Shown: piece by piece, positions 9,069 to 18,796 of the stretch
Layout of the letters: every line of letters starts with the position of its first letter
How positions within the stretch are numbered: position 1 is the stretch's first letter
Source: Gemmata obscuriglobus
GTDB taxonomy: Bacteria > Planctomycetota > Planctomycetia > Gemmatales > Gemmataceae
Length of the DNA: 32,000 nucleotides
Assembly: GCF_008065095.1 (NCBI RefSeq)
Contig: NZ_CP042911.1
Location: forward strand, 8,820,001 to 8,852,000
Direction of reading: 5' to 3'
Program-made: the position numbers and the translations under genes
The notes under the pieces: model-generated
Told to the model about the DNA's origin: nothing
What the model saw: the letters and a program-made list of their open reading frames with translations, nothing else
Databases searched by the model: none

Positions 9069-9875
9069 ATGAGCGTTGTTCCCTCTCCGCGGCCGATCAC
9101 GGCCCCCGAGTTCCGCGCCGCGAAAGCCCGGGGCGCGAAGCTCGCGGTCGTGACCGCCTACGACTACACCTCGGCCCGGCTCTGCGACGAGGCCGGCGTC
9201 GACTGTATCCTCGTGGGCGACTCGGTGGGGATGGTGGTGCAGGGCCATCCGACCTCGCTCCCGGTCACGCTCGACGAGATGATCTACCACACCAAGTGCG
9301 TGATGCGGGGCGCCCGGCGGGCGCTGGTCGTCGCGGACCTCCCGTTCATGACGTACCAGGTGAGCCCGCGCCAGGCGGTCCGGAACGCCGGCCGGCTGAT
9401 GAAGGAGGCCGGCGCCCACGCGGTGAAGCTCGAGGGGGGCGTGCGGGCGCGCGACGCCATCCGCGCGTGCGTGGACGCGGGCATCCCGGTAATGGGACAC
9501 GTCGGGCTGACACCGCAATCGGTCCACCAGATGGGCGGGTTCAAGGTCCAGCGCGACACGGAGCAGCTCTTGGCGGACGCACTGGCGGTCGAAGCGGCGG
9601 GCGCGTTCTCGGTGGTCGTGGAAGGCGTGCCCGCGGACCTGGGCGCGAAGATCACGGGCACGGTCGGCATCCCCACCGTCGGGATCGGGGCCGGCGCCGG
9701 GTGCGACGGTCAGGTGCTGGTGTTCCACGACATGATGGGGCTGTACCCCGACTTCAAGCCGAAATTCGCGAAGCGGTACGCCGACCTGGGCGCGGCGATC
9801 AAGGCCGCGACGGAGCAGTACTGCCGCGAGGTCCGCGAGGGGGCGTTCCCGGCCGCGGAGCACACGTTCCGGTGA
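9069..9875 (+). CDS. panB: 3-methyl-2-oxobutanoate hydroxymethyltransferase
   Basis: From ATG 9069 it reads [88 protein letters not shown], which are classic PanB motifs. Confidence 0.9.
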   Translation: MSVVPSPRPITAPEFRAAKARGAKLAVVTAYDYTSARLCDEAGVDCILVGDSVGMVVQGHPTSLPVTLDEMIYHTKCVMRGARRALVVADLPFMTYQVSPRQAVRNAGRLMKEAGAHAVKLEGGVRARDAIRACVDAGIPVMGHVGLTPQSVHQMGGFKVQRDTEQLLADALAVEAAGAFSVVVEGVPADLGAKITGTVGIPTVGIGAGAGCDGQVLVFHDMMGLYPDFKPKFAKRYADLGAAIKAATEQYCREVREGAFPAAEHTFR

Positions 9876-9884
9876 GACACGTTA

Positions 9885-10826
9885 ATGCTCGTGTTGAAGG
9901 CCCCGGCCGGTTTTCGGTTGCGGTTCGACGAACTGGCGTTTGCCCCGGGCGGCGACGCGCTGGCCGCCGCCCCGAGCTGGGGTGTGACCCTCTGGACCAG
10001 CTTCGCCGACGGGGCACGGGCCGAGGCGGTGCCGCTGGGCGACGGGGTCGCGTCCCAGCGGCTGGCGTTCGCGCCGGACGGTCGCACCTTGTTCGCCGGT
10101 AGCGACCTGCTGTTGGCCGTCGATTTGGCCTCGCGGGTCATTCGGCGCGTGCCCCTCGACCGGTGGCACCGACTCGGGTTCGGCGTCTCACCGGACGGCG
10201 CGCGGCTGATCGTGTCCGAACGGCTCGGCGGCACCGTTGGTGGGGCCGAAGGCACCCGGCTGACGTGCCGACCGACCGACGACCTTGACCGGCCGACGTG
10301 GCAACTCATCACTCGGGCGGACGTTTTGCTGCCCCCCGTGTTCCCGCCCGGTAGCGACCGGTTCGTGCAACTGGAGAGCACGCACGAACTGATGGCCGAA
10401 CGGTGGGCGCCGCGGGTCGTCGTTCGGACGCTCGACACCGGTGCGGTGTTAACCGAAACCGATCTGCTCCCCGTGCCCGACTATCCGGACCAGGCCGCCC
10501 TTTCACCCGACGGGCTCACGCTGGTGGTTCGCCTACGCGATCGCATCTACGCCAACCTTATCGGCGCCGCGGGTGCGGCCGAGGTGATCGCGAACCCCAG
10601 TCGGAAGCACTTCACCGGTATCGCGTTTCACCCGTCGGGCCGTTACCTCGCGGCCACGAGTAACGACAAAACCGTCAAGCTCTACGACACCACCTCCTGG
10701 GACCTGACGAGAACCTTCACCTGGGACATCGGACGAGTGCGCTCGGTCGCGTTCTCGCCCGACGGCACGCTCGCCGCTGCGGGCAGCGACACCGGCAAGG
10801 TCGTGGTCTGGGACGTGGACCTCTGA
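9885..10826 (+). CDS. WD40 / beta-propeller repeat protein
   Basis: This is a 313-aa ORF. The C-terminal repeats are IAFHPSGRYLAATSNDKTVKLYD and VAFSPDGTLAAAGSDTGKVVVWD, and earlier segments are FAPDG/SPDG-type blades. Confidence 0.7.
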   Translation: MLVLKAPAGFRLRFDELAFAPGGDALAAAPSWGVTLWTSFADGARAEAVPLGDGVASQRLAFAPDGRTLFAGSDLLLAVDLASRVIRRVPLDRWHRLGFGVSPDGARLIVSERLGGTVGGAEGTRLTCRPTDDLDRPTWQLITRADVLLPPVFPPGSDRFVQLESTHELMAERWAPRVVVRTLDTGAVLTETDLLPVPDYPDQAALSPDGLTLVVRLRDRIYANLIGAAGAAEVIANPSRKHFTGIAFHPSGRYLAATSNDKTVKLYDTTSWDLTRTFTWDIGRVRSVAFSPDGTLAAAGSDTGKVVVWDVDL

Positions 10827-10910
10827 CCTGGTGCGCGTTCGAGAACGATGTTTACACGCACAGCCGTCGGAACTGAGCTTTGTCCGCAATAACGCGGCGT
10901 TTCGGCCCGC

Positions 10911-11486
10911 TCACTTCACCGGTCGCGATCCCGCGATGAGGATGTCCACGAGCCGCCGCGCACATTGCTGCCAGTCCGGGATGGCCGGCACGTGGGCCAC
11001 CCCCACGATCGCACTCAGCAGGTCGATCGGGTCCAGGTCCGTTCGAATGTCCCCGCTCTCCACCGCGCGCCGGACCAGGGACTGTATCGCGTCGTGGATC
11101 TGGGTGCGGGACGCCTCGACCACCTTGGGGTGGCACTGGACCAGCGTCGAGAGGGCCGGGGCGATGATCTTTTTGGCCGCGATGTAGTCCACGAACAGGA
11201 GCAGCCAGGATCGCAGCGCTTCGGGCGGTGAGAGCCTGAGAGCCAGTTCCTGCCCGGCCGAGGCGAGCTTCTCCACCTCCGTGCGGTACACGGCTTCGAG
11301 GAGCGCGTCCCGCGTCGGGAAGTGGCGGTACAGCGTTCCCGGGCCGACCCCCGCTTCCCGCGCGATCTCGTCCAGACTCGCCTCGGCCCCCGATTTGGTG
11401 AACGCCCCTTTCGCCACCTCAAGGATGCGCGCCCGGTTCCGCTCGGCGTCGGCCCGCGGTTTTCGCTTGGCCGGTGTCTTTGCCAT
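10911..11486 (-). CDS. TetR/AcrR-family transcriptional regulator
   Basis: The N-terminal HTH reads RARILEVAKGAFTKSGAEASLDEIAREAGVGPGTLYRHFPTRDALLEAV. Length is 191 aa. Confidence 0.9.
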   Translation of the reverse strand: MAKTPAKRKPRADAERNRARILEVAKGAFTKSGAEASLDEIAREAGVGPGTLYRHFPTRDALLEAVYRTEVEKLASAGQELALRLSPPEALRSWLLLFVDYIAAKKIIAPALSTLVQCHPKVVEASRTQIHDAIQSLVRRAVESGDIRTDLDPIDLLSAIVGVAHVPAIPDWQQCARRLVDILIAGSRPVK

Positions 11487-11499
11487 CGAACGCCCCTTG

Positions 11500-11551
11500 A
11501 AAACGGAGAACGCCTCCGGTACTGTTGTGATACGGAGCCAGTCTCCGTTTT
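11500..11551. promoter_or_regulatory. Candidate operator: 10-bp inverted repeat just upstream of the TetR gene start
   Basis: aaaacggaga (11500-11509) and tctccgtttt (11542-11551) are exact reverse complements. The left half lies 14 bp from the TetR ATG, in the divergent region toward the sigma-factor gene. Confidence 0.3.
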
Positions 11552-11748
11552 AGCAAGCGGAACAGGTCGGTACAACCGCGGTCGCCGAAACTCGGTGCCG
11601 TCCCGCTGGAAAAGAACACCCAGCGGCCGTAACCGTTCGAGCCGCTTGCCATGTCCGCGTCGCGGGAACGGATTGGGTGCCACCCGACCGGACGGAATTT
11701 TAGAGCCGGCCTGGGAGCAACACGATTCGAACTCCGAGTAGGGTCTAC

Positions 11749-12540
11749 GTGGTAGAGGGGACAATGATGAACAGCTTTGGACCTCGCGGTACACGCAAGC
11801 CTCTCACTCAAAACGAAACGGCTCGGGACACGGGGCGGGAGTTCGCACAACTCTTCGGCCCTGTTATCTACACACTGGCTCGCAAGCAGGGGTTCGGGGA
11901 CGCGGTGGCCGCCGACCTCGTGCGCGAAGTTCTGATGCGCGCCGCCCGGGACGATGGACGAATAGAGGACCACTCGGCCCCCGACACGATTCACGCCCGA
12001 CTCATCACCACCACCCGGAGCGCGATGGCCGATGTTGGCTCGGTCAAAGACGATCGGCCACGCCGGGGCGGCGCTGCCGGGGCGACCGCCCCGTTCGGAC
12101 GCGACCTCACACCGGACCTCAATGCGGACTGGGAGCGTGAGTTCCAGCGCCAGCTTGCGATGCGGGCAATGGGCCGCGTGAAACGCGAACTCTCGCCGCT
12201 CGACTGGCAGGCGTTTTGGCGAACCGAAGTGGACGGCCGGGCCGGAGCGGCGGTCGGGCGGGAACTCGGGATGACACCCGGGGCCGTCTACGTCACGAAG
12301 TGCCGGGTGCAGATGCGGCTTCGCGAAGAGATGCGCCGCCTCCGACTCGAAGCCGAATCGTGGGGCAGCACTACGGCCCGAGCCGACGGGGGCCAAGATC
12401 TCGACCGAACCCGTCCGCCCAACCGGCCACCTGAGACATCGCTCGCCCCGTCCGCGATCGACTCCGAGGACATCGACCGCACCCCCCTTCACGTCCCGTC
12501 CTTCTCAACGCTGGGGTGCAACTGTTCCGGGTTCGATTGA
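11749..12540 (+). CDS. ECF-type RNA polymerase sigma-70 family factor
   Basis: A region-2-like segment (FAQLFGPVIYTLARKQGFGDAVAADLVREVLMR) is present. A region-4 HTH is also present (WQAFWRTEVDGRAGAAVGRELGMTPGAVYVTKCRVQMRLREEM). The exact start is uncertain. Confidence 0.65.
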   Translation: MVEGTMMNSFGPRGTRKPLTQNETARDTGREFAQLFGPVIYTLARKQGFGDAVAADLVREVLMRAARDDGRIEDHSAPDTIHARLITTTRSAMADVGSVKDDRPRRGGAAGATAPFGRDLTPDLNADWEREFQRQLAMRAMGRVKRELSPLDWQAFWRTEVDGRAGAAVGRELGMTPGAVYVTKCRVQMRLREEMRRLRLEAESWGSTTARADGGQDLDRTRPPNRPPETSLAPSAIDSEDIDRTPLHVPSFSTLGCNCSGFD

Positions 12541-12591
12541 AATGAGTGCGTGACGTGTAAGGGCACGCTTCGAGGCGGGTATAACTGAACG

Positions 12592-12652
12592 GATCGGCCG
12601 CAGAAGTTGAGGTGAATGGGCGACACCTCAGCGACCTGCGGCCGATCTTTTT
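12592..12652 (+). terminator. Rho-independent terminator downstream of the sigma-factor gene
   Basis: The 12-bp stem gatcggccgcag (12592-12603) / ctgcggccgatc (12636-12647) has an inner tgaggtg/cacctca helix. It is followed directly by ttttt (12648-12652). Confidence 0.65.
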
Positions 12653-12941
12653 GCGCAACTGATAGTCAAGATCCAAGGTTCAGTGGCAGCCCGGGTCGGG
12701 GCTCTTCTCCTGTGGGCACGGCGTGGCCATTCCCGGGCGCAAAGTAGCCAGCATATCGCGGTGCGGAAGCCCCAGACCTGCACCGCTTACCCGTTTCGAT
12801 GCTCGGCGCGCCGCATGCCCTCCATTCCGCTCCTGAATTCTCTTTTACGCGCGTCAGAGGCGTCCCAGTCATTCGTCTCTCCCGTGTCCGGAGCGCTCAC
12901 GGGACCGAACCGTCCGGATTTGCCGATCGCGGAGAGTTGTT

Positions 12942-14120
12942 ATGCCTCACAGCCGGTTACTCGCCGCTCTCGTGGCGTGTGTGGCCCTCGGGCTCATCTC
13001 GGTGCCCGCCCCCGCTCCCGCCGGGGCCGCGCCGCCGGATGACAACAAGAAGAAGCAGCAAGAAATTGAAGCCACGGTCGCGAAGGGGCTTGAGTACCTC
13101 AAGAAAACCCAGGCGCAGGACGGCCACTGGGAGGCTCAGGGTGGGCAGTACCCGACCAGCATGACGGCGCTGGCCGGGATGGCGTTCCTGATGGAGGGGA
13201 GCACGCTGAAGGAAGGCAAGTACTCGGACCAGGTAAAGAAGGCGGTGGACTGGTTCCTGGCTCCGGCCCGGCAGCAGCCCAACGGCATGCTCGGCGACGT
13301 GCGCAACCCGAGCGAACAGGTCCGGTACATGTACGGCCAGGGGTTCGGCACCATGTTCCTGGCGAGCGTGTACGGCGAGGAGGAGGATAAGGAGCAGCGG
13401 GAGAAGCTGGAGAAGCTGCTCAAGAAAGCGGTCGAGTTCATCTGCAAAGCGCAGACCCTCAAGAAGCACCGCAAGGCCGAGGGGAAGGAGATGGACATCG
13501 GCGGGTGGGGGTACGTGAGCGCCGCCGAGGGCAACAACTTCGACGAGGGGTCCGTCACCATCACCGCGCTCCAAGGGCTCCGCGCCGCCCGCAACGCCGG
13601 CATCCCCGTGCCCAAAGAGAACATCGACAAAGCGGTCAACTACCTCGAAGCCTGTACCACGCCCGATGGCGGGATCATTTACAACTACCTCGGCGAGGGC
13701 GCGCTCCGGGGGCAGGAGCGCCCGCCCCTCACCGCGGCGGCGATCTGCTGCGGTTTCAGCGCCGGGCAGTACAAGAGCGAGCTGCCGAAGCGCTGGCTGA
13801 AGTACTGCAAGGCCCACGAGGAGACGTTCCTGGCAAAGGGCCGCCAGGCCCACGACGAGTACCAGACGTACTACTTCGGTCAAGCCATGTACGCCTTGGG
13901 GGACACCAAGTACGGCGCGATGTTTCCGGATCAGAAGGAGAAGGACAAGTGGCTCACCTGGAGCCGGTTCAAGGACGTGTATTTCCCGCAAATCCTCAAC
14001 AACCAGGACAAGTCGAGCGGCGCATGGGAACAGGGACAAGTCGGCCCCGTATACGTGACGAGCATTAACCTGTGCCTGCTCCAACTCGAAAAGGACCTTC
14101 TCCCCATCTACCAAAAGTGA
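12942..14120 (+). CDS. Secreted prenyltransferase/squalene-oxidase-repeat (alpha/alpha toroid) protein
   Basis: A signal peptide is present (MPHSRLLAALVACVALGLISVPAPAPAGA). Repeated QW-like segments occur (KTQAQDGHWE, GGWGY, TTPDGGIIY, DKSSGAWEQ). This family is abundant in planctomycetes. Confidence 0.65.
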   Translation: MPHSRLLAALVACVALGLISVPAPAPAGAAPPDDNKKKQQEIEATVAKGLEYLKKTQAQDGHWEAQGGQYPTSMTALAGMAFLMEGSTLKEGKYSDQVKKAVDWFLAPARQQPNGMLGDVRNPSEQVRYMYGQGFGTMFLASVYGEEEDKEQREKLEKLLKKAVEFICKAQTLKKHRKAEGKEMDIGGWGYVSAAEGNNFDEGSVTITALQGLRAARNAGIPVPKENIDKAVNYLEACTTPDGGIIYNYLGEGALRGQERPPLTAAAICCGFSAGQYKSELPKRWLKYCKAHEETFLAKGRQAHDEYQTYYFGQAMYALGDTKYGAMFPDQKEKDKWLTWSRFKDVYFPQILNNQDKSSGAWEQGQVGPVYVTSINLCLLQLEKDLLPIYQK

Positions 14121-14312
14121 CGAGTGGCGGTTAACGGCCGCAAGGCGATGATGCACCGCCTTGTAGCATGGCGTAATGTGTGGTCATGTGAAATGATTGT
14201 CTGCTGAGTAAGTGTGTGATCTGACGCCGTTTCACTCGACGACGAGCTGTGAAGCGACTTGGGACGGAGTTGCAGGGCCGTCGTTGAGTCTCAATTCTGT
14301 ATTCGGTGAGAG

Positions 14313-15038
14313 CTAGTCGACACGGTATTGAGCAGCCGTTGTGCCGTATGTTCCGGTTCGGAGCCGGGCAACAACCTCCTCAACCCGTTTGCGGTCCGCT
14401 CCCATCGGCAGCCATGTCGTTCGGGCCGCGCCTTTGTTCGTCCGCCACGTGATCACAGGTGCGTAGAAACCCCGACCGGATTTGAGCTCGACTCGGATGT
14501 CCACAATTGCTGCGAACGGCAGCACTACCGGTTTGGACCAGACGGCATTTGGCCGCCAGGTGATCTCCCGCCGCTCCTTGTCCATCTCCAACTCCGGGCG
14601 AGTTCGTAACGCGAACCCGAGGGCGGTAGCCGCTCCGAGCCAGACCACGGTCATGGCGAGGACGCCGTCGAGCCCCCACTTCACCCCCGCCCTGGCCGCC
14701 GTCATCGTGAGCGCAACATTAGCGATGGCAAGGAAGAACATCGCGACCGGGAAGACGAACCCGAACGGCACGCCCGGCGGCCGGAACCGCACGGACGGAT
14801 CTGGAGAGAGAGGCGGGTAGTCGCCGGGGAAGTTACTGCTCGGCAGAACTGAAAGGATGACGCCCAGTTGCCAGGGCGTCAGCAGCCACAAGGAGATCAC
14901 AACCGAAGCTGGCGAAACCCAGCCGCTGTACCATCCCAGCGCGAGAAAACCTTCGGCTACCGCGCAAGGGGCGCAGTAGAGCGCAACCACGGCACACGGG
15001 TTTTCGCGGAAGGCCGGTCCTTCAGATGGCTCGCGCAT
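14313..15038 (-). CDS. Hypothetical membrane protein
   Basis: This is a 241-aa ORF with several hydrophobic spans (e.g. FVFPVAMFFLAIANVALTMTAA, VLAMTVVWLGAATALGFAL) and a soluble C-terminal domain. No family was recognised and the start is uncertain. Confidence 0.4.
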   Translation of the reverse strand: MREPSEGPAFRENPCAVVALYCAPCAVAEGFLALGWYSGWVSPASVVISLWLLTPWQLGVILSVLPSSNFPGDYPPLSPDPSVRFRPPGVPFGFVFPVAMFFLAIANVALTMTAARAGVKWGLDGVLAMTVVWLGAATALGFALRTRPELEMDKERREITWRPNAVWSKPVVLPFAAIVDIRVELKSGRGFYAPVITWRTNKGAARTTWLPMGADRKRVEEVVARLRTGTYGTTAAQYRVD

Positions 15039-15288
15039 TCCAATTGCCTACGGATCATAGCGGCCTGGCTACTGTTGCAAGATAGCACGGCGATTCGGTT
15101 CGGGTCGGCGTACCTACCGAGGGGTTGAACAGGGTACCGTTCGGCCCGCGCGAGCGGTACGAACGGTACCATAACTTTGTAGTCACTGGTAAAGGCGCAA
15201 AATTCGTCTTCTCCGGCGAGCGACAGAGTGCCGCGTGACCGGCGCGCCCGACGGGCTATCATTGGGGGTACCCTCCCGAGGCCCGACG

Positions 15289-15555
15289 ATGCCCGACGAT
15301 CTGTCCGCGACCCGCGTGTCGGGACCGAACTCGCCCCACGCGCCCGATTCCAGTGCGACCGTCGCCCGGTTCACCGATCCGCTCGCGGCGCGGCGGCAAA
15401 TGCTGGGCGAAGAGGTGCCCGCCGTGCCCGGGTACGAGGTCGCCCGCGAACTCGCCCGCGGCGGCATGGGGCGCGTCCTCGCCGCCCGCGAACTCACGCT
15501 CAACCGCCCGGTCGCGATCAAGGTGCTGCTCCCGCGCGCCGGCCGCGACGGCGCC
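15289..15555 (+). pseudogene. Ser/Thr protein kinase, N-terminal fragment only
   Basis: From ATG 15289 it reads ...VPAVPGYEVARELARGGMGRVLAARELTLNRPVAIKVLLPRAG. This covers the glycine-rich loop and the VAIK lysine of Hanks kinases. The rest of the catalytic domain is missing, and similarity ends where the truncated SDR begins. Confidence 0.55.
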
Positions 15556-15559
15556 AGCG

Positions 15560-16066
15560 ATTGTGTCATGCAGTTCAGTGCCGCCTTGCTCGCGCAGTAC
15601 GGGATCGAACTACCTTGCCCCGTTAGCCCGGCCACGCTCGTCACGCTCACCACATTCCCCTTGCGGGCCTTGAGCAGCGGGAGCGCGGCCCGGACGCAAT
15701 AGAACGCCCCCATCACATTAACGCCGAAGATGTCCTGCCACACGTGATCGGTGAGGGCGTCGAGGTCGGTGTGGGGAACGAAGTGCGTCGTGCCCGCGTT
15801 GTTCACCAGCACGTCGAGCCGGTCGAACGTCGCCGCCGTCGCCGCGATCAGGTCGTTTACCTCGCTCGCGTCGGCCACGTTTGCCTTTGCAGCAGGGCCG
15901 GGGCGCCCACGGCCTCCACGAGCGCCAGCGTCTCGCGGGCGTCGGCCTCGGACCGCGAGTAGTTGACCACGACCGCGTACCCGAGCTTTGCGAACCGCAC
16001 CGCGCACGCCCGGCCGACGCCGGTCGCGCTGCCGGTCACGAGCGCGACCTTTCGTGAATCGGACAT
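15560..16066 (-). pseudogene. Short-chain dehydrogenase/reductase (FabG-like), frameshifted and 3'-truncated
   Basis: MSDSRKVALVTGSATGVGRACAVRFAKLGYAVVVNYSRS.. (ATG 16064-16066) is in the frame of ORF 15857..16198. The continuation (ANVADASEVNDLIAATAATFDRLDVLVNNAG...YCASKAALNCMTQSLA) is in the frame of ORF 15183..16007, with the frameshift near 15888. After SLA the SDR signature is lost. Confidence 0.6.
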
Positions 16067-16204
16067 GCCGGCCCTCCTGAAAGTGTGAATGGTGTTAACT
16101 TCGCCCGCCCCGCGGCGAATACCAGAACGAGAGTTGACACTAGTTTCCGCGCGGCACAACAATCGACAAGGTGCGGAGGGCGGACCGTGGAACAGCACCC
16201 CGAA

Positions 16205-16810
16205 ATGCCGACCGGTTGCGAGATCACACGAACCGCCGACCCGCGCGGCGTGACACTGAGTTGGCCCGCGTACAAGGCGGGCGGAACGCGGCTGACGCGG
16301 TGGTTCCTGATGCTGTGGGTGTGCGCGTGGTCCTTGTGGTGCGCGTTCTCACTCTATCGCGGCTTGATCGATGGCGGGTTGGAACCGTTCCTCTGGGCGG
16401 CGTTCACGGTTCTGAACTGCGCGGCCGGGCTGTACTGGATGCGGCACGAGTACCTGCCGCCCACACCGGAACGCGTTCGGCTCGAGCCCGACACGTTGCG
16501 CTACCACCCCGGGACCGGCCCGGCCGCCGCCCGCAGTTGCGCCGATCTGCCGGACGGAACGGTCGTGCCCGTGACGCCCGCGCCGGCGGTGACGGTGAGC
16601 AAGGCCGCCGTCCGCGGGTTCGGCGTCGATCGGGTCAACGGGCGCCAGCGGCTGTACTTTGATGCGGACGGGCGGCGGGTCGAGATCGGCGGCTGCCTGA
16701 CCGAATCCGAACGGGCGTGGCTGTTCGAGGTCCTCCGGGGGTGGCTCGGTCAGGCGGCCGGCCGCCCGTGGGAGCACGGGGCGCGACACCAGGAAGGCTC
16801 TCAGGTGTGA
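16205..16810 (+). CDS. Hypothetical membrane protein
   Basis: The start was taken at MPTGCEI (ATG 16205). There are two hydrophobic spans (WFLMLWVCAWSLWCAFSLY, FLWAAFTVLNCAAGLYW) followed by a soluble C-terminal domain. No family was recognised. Confidence 0.45.
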   Translation: MPTGCEITRTADPRGVTLSWPAYKAGGTRLTRWFLMLWVCAWSLWCAFSLYRGLIDGGLEPFLWAAFTVLNCAAGLYWMRHEYLPPTPERVRLEPDTLRYHPGTGPAAARSCADLPDGTVVPVTPAPAVTVSKAAVRGFGVDRVNGRQRLYFDADGRRVEIGGCLTESERAWLFEVLRGWLGQAAGRPWEHGARHQEGSQV

Positions 16811-17172
16811 TCGGACCGGGACTTGTTCATGCGCTGCTGTTCGTTGCGGTCGCGGGCGTGTTTCTCCTATTCGCCCGGGACTGGAGCGTGCGCGTCGTCG
16901 GTGCGTTCCTGATCGTCCCCCGAGCGGTCGCGGCCCCGTTCACCGACGGCGAGGTCATCGTTCTCGGGAGCGGGATCGTGGCTTCCGTGTTCCACGTCGT
17001 GTACGGCTTGCTGTACGCACCCGCGGGGCCGTCCGAAGGTGGGGCCGAAACGCTCACACCGCCCGAAGCCGATGACACCTCAGAGCCAGCGACGTGCGTG
17101 GCCTGCCGCGGCTCGATCCCGGCGGGCGCGGACACCTGCCCGGCGTGCGGTTGGTCATACACCGCCGGGTGA
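16807..17172 (+). CDS. Hypothetical small membrane protein with a C-terminal zinc-ribbon-like CxxC...CxxC
   Basis: The proposed GTG start at 16807 overlaps the upstream stop (gtgtga). Hydrophobic N-terminal segments are followed by CVACRGSIPAGADTCPACGW. The start codon is a guess. Confidence 0.35.
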   Translation: MIGPGLVHALLFVAVAGVFLLFARDWSVRVVGAFLIVPRAVAAPFTDGEVIVLGSGIVASVFHVVYGLLYAPAGPSEGGAETLTPPEADDTSEPATCVACRGSIPAGADTCPACGWSYTAG

Positions 17173-17459
17173 GTTGGGGCACGCGGGAGCGACACGGGCA
17201 ACACCCGACTGCGTTGCCTGACGCAGTATTACAGCCGCTCGTAACGCGGCGCCGCGACAATCACCCGCGCGGCGTTATTCAGGCCCGGTACGGCGAGAAA
17301 TGAAATCCAGTAGTTCCAAGTTGAAGGTGTGCGATTCCATGTGAAAGGATTGCACCACAGGTATTCTAACCTGTGGCACAACGAGCCAGATCGTAAATAA
17401 GAGCGGTTCGTACGTCCGGCCAATGGGAGCGAGGCCTCGCATCTCGCCGCCCCGGCAGG

Positions 17460-18719
17460 TCACGCCGCCCGGGCATCGAACAGCGTCACACCGGACTCGA
17501 TCGTACTGCCCACGAACCCGCGCACCTCTTCGGTGCCCCACGGCAGTTCGGCGTCGTTCGGTTCCGGCCGCTCGGGTAGGTCCGTTTCGAGCAGAACGGC
17601 GGCCATACGCTCCACCTCGTCGCGGAGCGCGGAGAGTTCCGCCGGGATCGCCGGGAGGCTCGCTTCCGGCACCCACGTCGCGTAAGGCACGACATCCGGG
17701 TCACCGCCGTTGACGCGCGCCTGAGCCTCGTGAACGGCCAGCGCCTCTTCGCGCTTTGCGAACTCGGCCTCAAGGTGCTCGCGCTCGGTGTGCCACCGCA
17801 TCTCGAACGCGACCAGCTTCGACTGCCACGCCTCCAGTCGCAACCGGAGCTGCCAAAGGGCGTACCCCTCGTCGCGGCGGTGGGCGTCGGCGCGGTTCAG
17901 ACGCTGCTCGCGGGCGTCGAGTTCGGCCTCGCGGTGACGCAAGGTGCGGGCGAGCTGCTCCATTTCGATCACGGTCGCGCGCTCGGCCGCCTGCCACCCG
18001 GCGCGAGCGGCCGCGAGCTGAGAAAACTGTTCCGCCAGAACTCGGCGCTGGTCGTTGATGCCGGACTTGTCACGCGCCACCGACGCGAACAGCGCGGTCA
18101 CGGAGGCCCGCTCCACGTTCAACCGGTCCTCCTTCTTGGCCAGTTCGTTGGCCCACTTGGCGAGGTCGCGGTCGGTGGCGCGGTCCAGCGCGACCTTCAG
18201 ATCCAGCGGCGGCTCGGGCGGGGGCGCCAGCACCTCGGCCCGCAACTGCTCGCGCTGGCGCTCCAGTTCCTCCACCACCAGCCGCGCGTTTCGGGCGCGG
18301 GCGTCGAGCGCGCTGGCCTCTTCGCGCAGTTCGACCAGTTCGCGCTGGAGCCGGGCTCGGGCGTCGGCGTCGTCCTTCTCACGAACCGTCAGTGCGGCCG
18401 CCCGGACGTCGAGCAACGACGCCTGCTCGGCGTGGAAGCGGTTCACCTCATCCCATTCATCCGTCAGCCGCTTTTGACGCGCGTGGAACTCGGCCCACGA
18501 GTCGCGCAGCCGGTCGCGGTCGGTCACCATCGTGGCGTTGAAATCCGACTGCACCTGGTTGAACCGCAAGACCCGCGACTCGAGCGCCTTGCGATCGGCC
18601 TCCAGTTTGGCACGAGCACGTTCGACGGTACGGTGCGCAGCTCGGGCCTCCGCAAGGAGCCGCCGCGCCTCCGCCCGATCCGAGCCAGCTTGACCGAGGT
18701 CGTCGTCGATTTCTGGCAT
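17460..18719 (-). CDS. Long coiled-coil protein of unknown function
   Basis: About 420 aa are dominated by heptad-like charged and Ala/Leu/Arg/Glu-rich sequence (ARAKLEADRKALESRV.., LQRELVELREEASALDARARN..). The start was taken at MPEIDDD (ATG 18717-18719), while the ORF track starts at GTG 18770. Confidence 0.55.
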   Translation of the reverse strand: MPEIDDDLGQAGSDRAEARRLLAEARAAHRTVERARAKLEADRKALESRVLRFNQVQSDFNATMVTDRDRLRDSWAEFHARQKRLTDEWDEVNRFHAEQASLLDVRAAALTVREKDDADARARLQRELVELREEASALDARARNARLVVEELERQREQLRAEVLAPPPEPPLDLKVALDRATDRDLAKWANELAKKEDRLNVERASVTALFASVARDKSGINDQRRVLAEQFSQLAAARAGWQAAERATVIEMEQLARTLRHREAELDAREQRLNRADAHRRDEGYALWQLRLRLEAWQSKLVAFEMRWHTEREHLEAEFAKREEALAVHEAQARVNGGDPDVVPYATWVPEASLPAIPAELSALRDEVERMAAVLLETDLPERPEPNDAELPWGTEEVRGFVGSTIESGVTLFDARAA

Positions 18720-18796
18720 ATCCGCGCCCCGCACCGGCAGTAAAACCTGTACACCCGGATTTATCGGCACAGCGAGATGTGTTCTTAAGCGTTACA

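Noticed and set aside
15133-15170. An 11-bp perfect inverted repeat ggtaccgttcg/cgaacggtacc with an inner helix and a gcga loop, lying between the membrane-protein gene and the kinase fragment.
   Set aside because: This is an isolated hairpin with no second copy in the window, no T-tract and no adjacent regulator, so it is too little to interpret.
15281-15300. A 10-bp tandem duplication gcccgacgat x2 spanning the kinase-fragment ATG, considered as a separate feature.
   Set aside because: It is real in the sequence but too short to interpret on its own. It is mentioned only as context for the decayed kinase/SDR junction.
17229-17423. An AT-richer stretch with a ccacagg...cctgtgg hairpin, considered as a small RNA gene (tmRNA, SRP RNA, RNase P, tRNA fragment).
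   Set aside because: No conserved motifs of those RNAs were found by eye. The hairpin loop has 8 nt and the flanks do not form a cloverleaf. The region is left unassigned.
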